The notes beneath the pieces were generated by a model. It saw only the letters and a list, made by a program, of their open reading frames with translations. It did not search any database and was not told the origin of the DNA. Both the position numbers and the translations under genes were made by a program. A stretch of 62,186 bases of DNA, filler included, from Bipalium vagum (taxonomy: Eukaryota), in NCBI GenBank assembly GCA_037834085.1. It is 3 parts of 3 records of this genome, joined end to end, with 100 filler letters (N's around TTAATTAATTAA, not from the genome) between each part and the next. Parts side by side here need not be neighbours in the genome. Positions count along the whole stretch, not along the records: positions 45,956 to 62,186 come from JBBMKC010121592.1; 2 more parts are not named here. One strand, written 5' to 3'. The stretch's first letter is position 1. Every line of letters starts with the position of its first letter. This document shows, piece by piece, positions 52,882 to 62,186 of the stretch.

Positions 52882-53821
52882 ACATCTGACAATTAAAAAT
52901 CCAGACAATTCCTAAATCAATTTTAAACTAAGAATCATTATATTTAAAAATTTGAAGTGAGTCTTATTTTGTAGAGAATTTTATTTTATATATGCTAAAT
53001 ATTTAAAAGAAAAGAAGGATATTCGATACATAAAAAAGAAAAAGGTTCCAAATCGCACAATAGCTCAACAGGCTGTATGTCGTCCAAAATTTCGCTAGTT
53101 GGTAAACCTTTTTCGTTGAAAAATTTCGATTTTAAATGATTTTAAATATTTTCGTTTGTTAAACAACGGTCTGGCTGCTAATTTTTTTTATCTATCAAAT
53201 ATCGAAGAAACGCCTAGCAAAATAAAATTATAGAGAATTAGAAAATTTGAGTCAAAATTACTGGTTTGGAGAGCCTCCTCCGAAAAAGGGCCTAAGCCAA
53301 CATTACATTGTTCCGTCAGGTCAGGCAATTAATACTAAATTCTATATCACCAAATGCATGAGCAGATTGAAAAATTTTATTACTCAGCATGACGAAAATG
53401 ATCTTGCTTCTCCTCATTACTCGAAAGGAACGCAAGATTTCCTGAAGTCTAACAACATCAATTTTGTGCTAAAACATTGCAATCCAGGAAACGTGCCTGT
53501 ACTACGATAGATCGAAGACTTTTGGTAGGAATTAAACGTCACCTTTAGAATAACGACTGATGTGCCGAAAATCTTGATCAGCTACGGAGAAGAATTGAAT
53601 ATTCGTTGAAGAAACTTGATCATGAACGCGTACTTAATCTATTGAAGTCTACATTCACTAGAGTCGATGCTCTACGGTGCCGTTGAATGATGAATGTTTG
53701 ATTTTTTTTAATTTAAAAGAACATTTTCTTTATTGTTTGAAAATAAATTTTTGAAATATAAATATTATAAGAGAAGAATTTTGGATTTCGTTTTGTGTCT
53801 GGATTTTTAATTGTCACGTGT
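52882..53821 (+). mobile_element. Internally deleted DD37E (ITmD37E-type) transposon with both TIRs
   Basis: TIRs aca(tc/cg)tgacaattaaaaatccagaca with TA flanks. DLASPHYSK...NPGNVPVLR*IEDFW gives 37-residue D-E spacing. Confidence 0.85.
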
Positions 53822-56800
53822 TATTACGGATATCATAGTAGAATGAAAGTAACAAAAATATTAAAATCATAAAATTATAAGGTATTCATAATTGTTCATT
53901 TATGTACATAATTTGATTTTTGTAATTTTAATAATTCATAATAATAATTTAATAATAATTAATGTAATAGCAGTTAATGTTAATTAAAAAAATAATAATT
54001 TCATATTACCTATTAATTTATTATTCAAACACAGAGTATGGCAATGAAATCGTATATTCTGATAATTGTAAATTACGGGACAGTAAATAATGAATATTTT
54101 TATTAAAATATATGTATTATATTATATATAATAATCTGTTTATTTTTTTGATAAAATATTTATAATGATCGTAATTATAATTAAAACTCTCCCGATGAAA
54201 ACCAATAACTTAGCAACATTGTTTGGTGCAAGAAAGAAAAGGAATAGTGACAGTTTCAGCCGATCAGTACATCTTAAGGAAATCAATTTGAACTTTGTAA
54301 CAGAAGTGTTTCAGAAGAAAAAAGAATTAAAATATCAACGTTTTATATGACGGCATTGGTTTTATTTAATTTCAAAGGAGCATCTGTTTCCAGTTAACAT
54401 TCATTAGTGAAAATAACAAAATTCTCTTGCAAATTAAGAAACAATAATTTGATTTTTGTTTTTTTTCGGCGAAATAATGAATTTTAATTGAAATAAAATT
54501 AGAAAATTATGTTTAAACAAATAGTTTCTTTATTTTTATTTTATTTATTAAACTAGTGCCAATATATATTAAAATCTTTTATTTATGATGTTTACTTTAA
54601 AATATATCAATTTTTATAGAGGCATATTTCTAAAATTAAATTATCAAATAAATATTTTCATGAATTATGAAAAAAAGTTTTAAAATAAATTATTGGCTTT
54701 AAAATTAAAATTAGATTAAAATTTGGTTAAATAATATTTAATTTAATCCTCTATTATTATTACATTAAATTGTCGGTTTTTTATGTATCGTTTTAACTCA
54801 AGATGATTATTAAGTTTTATGTTTTATTATTCAATTAAATTATTTCAAAATAAATAAAAATACACTGGATAAATATAAAAATTAAATCGATAAACAAAGA
54901 ATAAATAAAAAAATTAATAAATTTTTTATAAAAGAAACTACAATAATAAAAATTTTAAGAACAAAAAAAAAGATTCTGAAAAGATCAAATCGGGTTTTTA
55001 ATGGTTAAAAACCTCAAGATTTTCATTTTGTATACAAAAAAATTTCAAATTAAAACAAATTATTTGAAAACTTTTACATTGGTTTTATTTCCCTCAAAAC
55101 AGACGTAGTTATTCTATACTATTTCGTTGATAATCAGTGAAAATGATTCTAAAAAAAACGTGTTAAAAACTTAATTCAATGAAAAATCCAATAACATGGA
55201 AATGATGCCACGAAAAATTTATGGGAGAACAATATCAAACTGATATACAGAACGAAATATCAGAGAGACGAATGAATTTTCCCAGAAATTAACATTCATT
55301 CACAAAGGACTGAGTGAATGACATGAAAAGACATGTGACATGGTACAATTAAAATAGACTCCCTCTTCTGATGTTCCTCGCTGAGTGATGTGGAGCCAGC
55401 CAAACCATTAAAACAATTGTGTTGTGTATTTCATTGATAATTAAGTGGATTCAACAATAATTGATGCTTTCAATACTTTATAAATTGTAGGACACACAAA
55501 TAATGATAAATTAAAAAATAATATTAATAGAATTTATGATCATTTTTTATTTTATTATAATGGTATAAATATTAAGTAAAAATCAAAATTTAGATGACAG
55601 AGTGAGTGAGAAAATTAAAATTAATTAATAAAATTCTACATAAGCCGTATAATTTAATCTGTTACACTATATATAATATAAAATAGTATTATTAAATAAT
55701 CAATATTTTCACATATAATAATACAATAATTACTTTTCGAAATGTTAAAATTTATAAGTACTTCTAACGAACCAGAAAGCCTTGTTAGAATTAAAGTCAA
55801 AGTAAAATGATTAAAAATAGAGTGTGAACTAATTTTTGATTATTATTTCATTAAAAAATATTGACAAGTATATAATAGATCCTCATTTAAGTAATTAAAA
55901 TGTGTAATATTAAATATTAATGACTGACAATGAACTGATAATAGCTCAAAACATGTATCATGAAAATAAATGTTTAGAAACATTTTGTTTTAATTATTGA
56001 AATGTGTTTAACATATATGTATATATGTTTCCATAGTTATTCGACCGTATCGATCTTCTTGTTATTCTGTTATCATTAATTTAAGGTATAGAATTACAAA
56101 TCGAATCCCCTAAATAATTACAATAAGAAGTCTAACATGTTAAGCTCGACTTTTGTTTTCAAATTAATTTGTTCTCATTAAATAGAATTATTGTTAAAAA
56201 GGTTTAGATGAAGAGAGAAAGACTATTTTTATTTACTTAATTAATGCATTGTCGATGAAACTGGAAACTGTTTTACGGTCGACTGACCAAATATGTCATT
56301 GAAAGATAATTAATTAATGAAATTTAATTTGAGTAACCCTTTTAAAATTAAAACAATGTGCAAACTAAAACTAATGTAAACAGAAAACGTATTTTTTAAA
56401 AAATCAACAGTTTTTATTAAAATTATTAATGTAAATGAGACCAATCAGTCCATGTATAATCAAAAATTGAGAAATATTTCAGCCCTAAAAAGAAAACAAT
56501 TTTAATTTCCAATAAATCAAACATCTCACAAAAAATTCCAAATTCTCAGAGCCTAATTTCGGATAAATTTAATATCAATAATACTGAAACATTTCAATAT
56601 TCACAGAAAACATTTAAACAAAGATAATAATTGATAATAGACATTTTTTGGGAATTTATTTTGCTAAAATTAAATAAATTTAAAAAGTTCCAATTTCAAA
56701 TTTGTGCCTAACATTTTTCAAGAAATTAAAACAATTTTTTGGTTGTTTAACACGATTTAAATAGATTTAATGATTGTTTGAAATTTAAAATGAGGAAAAA

Positions 56801-58252
56801 TTTATTTTAATAATTTCGAAATATAAAACAAAATAGGAATAAAATCTGGGTTATTCTGATATCACTAGATTTTGTCTATAGTTATTTGTTTCAATTTTAT
56901 TATTTTGTTACATTTGGTAAAATTTATAGAAATCACTTTAATGAAGGAAATAATTTTATGATAATCTTAATTTTAAATTAATATAATTAATAAAAAAAAT
57001 AAAAATCTTTTTTTTAAAAATTTTATATTTATTTTATTTGAATATAAATTTTAAATAATATATAAATGATTATTTCAATAAACATATATTGAAACATGTA
57101 AATCAATATTTTTATTGTACATTTTGAAACATGAACGATAAAATTAATCAATTTATTAAAATCAAAAATAAATTCATTTCAATAATTTTATTCATAACCA
57201 AAACATTAAAAGATCACCTCAGCTCAATATTTATTTTGCCCAATGTTAATTACTCGAAAAATCTTAAATGATCAAAAAATTCTTTTCGAAAAAAACGTAA
57301 ATATATATGTACCTTATGATACTTAATTGAATATCGTAGAGATCTTTAAATTTCAAAACTTCATTATCAATTACCTGATGTAACTGTCACAAAACCTTCT
57401 AAAGTTGATCTTAAATCAATTGTGTATTAGAGTAATAATATTTATACTTTATAATTTTTATCACTATGTTATTATTAATAATTATTATTATTGCAATTAA
57501 ATTAAAATTGAGATTAAAATTATAATATTAATATTTTATTTAATTTTAACAAATAGTTGATAAGATAATATTAATATCCTATGTTATATTGAAGATCTAT
57601 TTGGTTTATTTGATTTTAACCGTAAATTAATCTCCAAACGTATAAAAAACTCTACCGATTCTATAAGTAATTATTAAAACAAAAAATAAATAATGAAAAT
57701 TAAAAGAATAGATCCGATTTCATAATTAAGAACGACTTTTCATTTAAAAAATATACAAAAATAGAATGATAAAGATATAATCCATAACACTCTTCAAAAA
57801 AATATCTTCATAAAAGTGAAATCACTTCGCCGAAAATATTTTAATACCAATACAATTTTCAATAAAAATATTTAGGGATAATTCTCGTTTCTTCCTTATC
57901 GACCACCAAAAATATGAAAATCATAATTCTGTTGAAAAATTACGTACAAAAAAAGCGTTTCAAAAGATTAATTACACATTTTTATCAAAATTTAATATGT
58001 TGGCTTATTAGTCTTTGTAATATGCTTAAATGTTGTTATTATCATTATTAATGAAATGGATTAAAATATCAGTCAAATTCCACATCAAAAATAACAGATC
58101 AAGAACTGATAATGTTTATTCCCATTTGATTTCGAGATGATTATTTATTTATATAAATACTGAAAAATCTTTTAAAAATTCAATGAGAAATATCGAAAAA
58201 ATGAAAAATTCTTTATTGTTTGCAAGGTGATTAAAACAAAGCACAAAATTAC

Positions 58253-58402
58253 TTTTCGCTTTCTTTTTCTTTTTATTGGATGGAAACCAACGGATTTCAT
58301 TGGAGATTAAATCAAGAAAAAATGTTCTTCTATATTGTCGACCATTTTGATGGATTTTTATCATATCTGACCCATTTGTCATGTACTCCAGACAATCAGG
58401 TG
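58253..58402 (-). CDS. Phospholipase C-like (PRIP/PLCL or PLC-eta) PH domain, first exon seen
   Basis: APDCLEYMTNGSDMIKIHQNGRQYRRTFFLD....IRWFPS.KK.KKAK resembles PLCL1 [31 protein letters not shown]...LRWEPSKK..EKAK. Phase-1 ends ttcag| and A|gtaatt. About 11.9-kb intron to 46306. Confidence 0.85.
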
Positions 58403-60956
58403 CTGAACATGTAGTTTTTATTACTTTATAATAATATAATCAAATATTAAAGGAAATAAGTCTTATTTTTCAAAATCTAAGAGATAAAAATGGATTAATA
58501 AGAGATTAATAATAAATAATCATCGGGACTTTTCACGTAAAAAAATGTAATATTATTATTATAAAACTAGGTAAATCATAAAATGGTTTGTATATAATAA
58601 ATTAATTATTTTTTAAAAATTGTCCGAGTCATTCATTTTAAAAAAAGTGGAATAATAATAATATGATTAATATTAATAATAATCTATTAAATATAAAATT
58701 CAAAATTAATGTATTAAGGAAAGATTTTGATTTTTATTGAGTGAAACAATTTAATTTAATATTAAAAAATGATATTTTTTCACATTATTCCATAAAATAA
58801 AATCAATTATTTTAAAATTTTATTAAACTTAGTATCTGAAATAAAATAAATTTAAATAATATTTATTACTAAATTGTTAAACATAAAGTGAAGCTTATAT
58901 TTGGTGAGCGGATAAAGAGTTTCAAACATTATTGGTTAAATAAATGGAAATTATAAAACCATTATATTTTTTGTCTACATAACAGAAAAGATTTTGACAA
59001 TTTAATATTAATTGTTATTTATTACATATAAATGTGAATTATCATATTTTAACTTATAAATTGTCATGAAAATTTACTTGTATAAAAAGGAAGACTCAAC
59101 AGGATATAAACTTTGCCGGCTTTAACTTTTAATAAATAATTGGACAAGATAAACCATAAAAGTTGGCAGTAAAGTATAAAAGAGATGTTTCAGTATCTTA
59201 TAATCACATTAAGTAATCTTTGTTTAAATATAACAATCTCCATTTTTTGAGATATTTTCAATGCTTTTTAATACATATCGATTTAATCTAAGGCTATGAA
59301 ACAAGGCATAAAATTATCATTAATGTTTGCTACTTACATTTCTTATAATTAAACACCAATAATTAATTTTCCAGTTATTTTTCTAAATATATTCAATGAA
59401 ATAAGTTTTAACTTAATAACGCGTAATTAAACAACAAAATTCAATGACATCTGACAACAGAAATATAAACGACAAAATAATCGCTCAATGTCAAGGTTTT
59501 GCAACATCCGTGACTTTTTAATAAGAATACGGATTTTTACACAAGTTTAAAATAACATAAATAAAAACTCACTGCATATTATGTTTTTACTGCGTTCTAA
59601 AGGAGTGCTACTAAAGGAAACTGATTTCTTTTCATTCATGTCAGATCATCATTTATAATTATAAAATATTATAAAGAAAGAAAAAGCTGATATATTTTTT
59701 TAAAAGTTAATACAAAATTGATATTTGAAAAAAAATATTAAATTCAAGTTAAAAATGATAGACTTAAACAATTGACAATGACCTGAAAGAAAGTTATAAC
59801 TTTCAATCATCGACAAGATAGTAAGAATAAAATACATTTTCATTCATTTATTGTATTATTTTATCATTCATAAGGCCATGTTAAATTGTAAAAAATGCTT
59901 TATTTAAATATTTGTCAAAAATGTAATTCAAGAACATTTTACATTACTTAAAAATTATTTTACTGCTTTTTATTTAATTTCATTCAAAATTTTTTGAGAT
60001 TTTAGAAACGAATTTCTAAGATCACAATAGATTTGTAAAATTGGTTAATGTATTAGGAATTTTTTTAATGCAGTAAATATAAAATAATTGTATAATAGTA
60101 AGGATTCAAGCCGAATGACAAAATAACTAAACATAGCCGATATTAATCTAGAAGCAACAACAATATTATATAATGTAATTTGAAGACAATTTTTCGGTGA
60201 TTGTCATCTCATTAACCACGCTTATAAACAAAATTGAGGAAATTGGACGAAGAAGTCAGCTCAAAAATCAGATGTAACACCAGACTATGAAAAATTCATT
60301 AGAGTAAAATTATACGAATTTTAGAACTCATCTCTAGGAAAAAATTTGAAAAAACTTAATTAATTGCGCTTTTGGTCAAGTTCATCTAACTAACTTTTCA
60401 TTCGAAACAAACTGAAGCTCTGTTAAAAAATCTTTTATTTTTAATTGATTAATTTTATATTTATATTTTATTATTACTATTGATATCAACACCAGTCATG
60501 ACAACGTAAATTATGATACCAAATTATTTAATAATATGTTGAAAGGCTTCCGAATTTATCACTGACTGATTTACCACTCCGTCACATAGATGCAGACAGA
60601 ACGGCTTGTTAAAACACAAAATATGAAAGAATGAGTAACCATAATGCTAAAGGGATATCCTTGTCAGTAAAAATTACTTTTCCGATACCCATCATGCTCT
60701 ACAGATATTAGAAATTCTAATTTATATCTAAGCCGATCATTAGACAATAATTTAAGTAGTAACTCTGAAGAGTTAAACTATCTTACCGACTTTTTCTAAG
60801 GAAAATGAATAATTTTATTCATATGAGTATGGACAGCTTGTAGAACTATGGAGAATACCTTTGGAGAATATGATCATGTAATTAATTAATAAAGTTTTTT
60901 TGTTGTTGTTGATCTACATTCCTGATTACATTGTGGAAAAATGAGATAGGTACTTA

Positions 60957-61158
60957 CAGTATTTTAATTAAGTCTGTTCACCCCCTCAATTTTATTGAAA
61001 ATCATATTCAAAACAAATTTTCAAAGAAATTCCACAATACATTTATTTTATTAAAACATATTAACAATGTCAGTAAAATTTGAAAATTAAAATTTTGTTG
61101 CACCTGTCTAGCTTTGACAATGGCAGCCATTCGGTATGGCAATGACTCATATAGCACA
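60957..61158 (-). mobile_element. Tc1 3' end fragment interrupted by an LTR-like insertion
   Basis: VLYESLPYRMAAIVKAR/GATKF* (Tc1 C-terminus) and a ta|cagt TIR start at 60957. Confidence 0.7.
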
Positions 61159-62186
61159 TGTGTGGAGACTACCGATTAAGATGAAATTACTAATAATAAT
61201 AATTTAAATAATTAAATAATAATTTAAAAAATATAATAATTATAGGTAATATTATTAGATTTATGAAAGAAAAATTTTAAAGTAACATTAAGTTACTAAA
61301 AATAAAATTAAAAAAATTTTTTATGTTTAATATTAAAATTAGAAATAAAATAGGATAAGTAAATTAATTAAAGTATAAAATAATTACTAAAAATAAAAAT
61401 ACAAAAAAATTAACCATATAAAAGTAATTGAAAATTTTAAAAATGGACACAAAAAAAGAAATATTAAATATTTGATACAATTTAGAATCTGGCAGTAAAG
61501 TTTGAAAATTATTACTAGCAATTAAAATTCAAATAATTATTATCACCAAATTTAAATAATTATCATCACCGAATTCTACCATTATCAGCGATCCAACAAT
61601 TATTATCACCAAATTCAACTAATTATTATCCATTACCAACGATTAAAATCCGGCAATTAGCGATTAAAAACCAGAAATTATCCCAAACTGTCAATTCAGA
61701 GCAAGTTCATCTAGCAATTATCAGGGAACGCAGCATTAGTATAAAAAGGAGTGCAACTTCGTCAGTAAAAGGAACCAAAGCCAAATTAACAATTCTACTA
61801 GTCGTCAGTAAAGAGAACCAAAACCAATTCAACACTTCTACCAGAAGACAGCAGTCAACATAGCGAACCTTCAATTCATCCGAAGCTACCCGCCGTTCCA
61901 AGGAAACACGCAGTTCGTCAGAATCTTCGCCTTGCCAATTGGAGTGTCTCATTTCCCCATCCAATCGATCATATTCGTTATTTGCAAATTTATAAAAGCC
62001 CCGTGGGAACTGCTCAATTTGTTCAGTTAGATTGCAGAAGAAGACTAACATCCTTTTTTGCTTAAACGTAAATTTTAATCTAGTTTACTTGATGTTGTAA
62101 AGCATCAAAGTTATAGTCCTTTTCAAATTTATTGAACACTTTACATTTGACTTATAAAAAAGTTACATATAATACCAAATATTATT
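61159..62186 (+). mobile_element. LTR-like element related to 29792-30885
   Basis: Starts TGTG exactly where Tc1 homology stops. Shares aaattttaaagtaaca(a/t)taagttac and atataaaag...aaaattttaaaaa(a/t)ggacac with 29998-30180. Internal aattattatcacc repeats at 61535-61640. Confidence 0.55.

Overview
Very AT-rich, intron-containing animal DNA. The gene and transposon content fits a flatworm such as a triclad planarian, but that is inference. The window is three contigs (1-25706, 25807-45855, 45956-62186) joined by artificial N44-TTAATTAATTAA-N44 linkers. All recognisable host genes are on the minus strand: the terminal exon of a Kv2/Shab potassium channel, the first coding exon of an Egalitarian homolog, three exons of a divergent AWS-SET (Set2/SETD2-like) gene, a compact 7-exon TPX2-like gene and two PH-domain exons of a PLC-like (PRIP/PLC-eta type) gene. 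The rest is decayed mobile DNA: IS630/Tc1/mariner relics (DD34D, DD34E, DD37D, DD37E, DD41D) and MITEs, a hAT/Buster relic, a gypsy relic, LTR-like modules and a Polinton-type polB fragment. The most unusual structure is a 3-kb restriction-like-endonuclease (NeSL/R5/Utopia-type) retroelement derivative with no reverse transcriptase. It has a 36-bp target duplication and a ~160-bp non-terminal direct repeat, and sits inside a TIR element. Also notable is an in-phase juxtaposition of the Egalitarian 5' exon with the Kv2 membrane exon.
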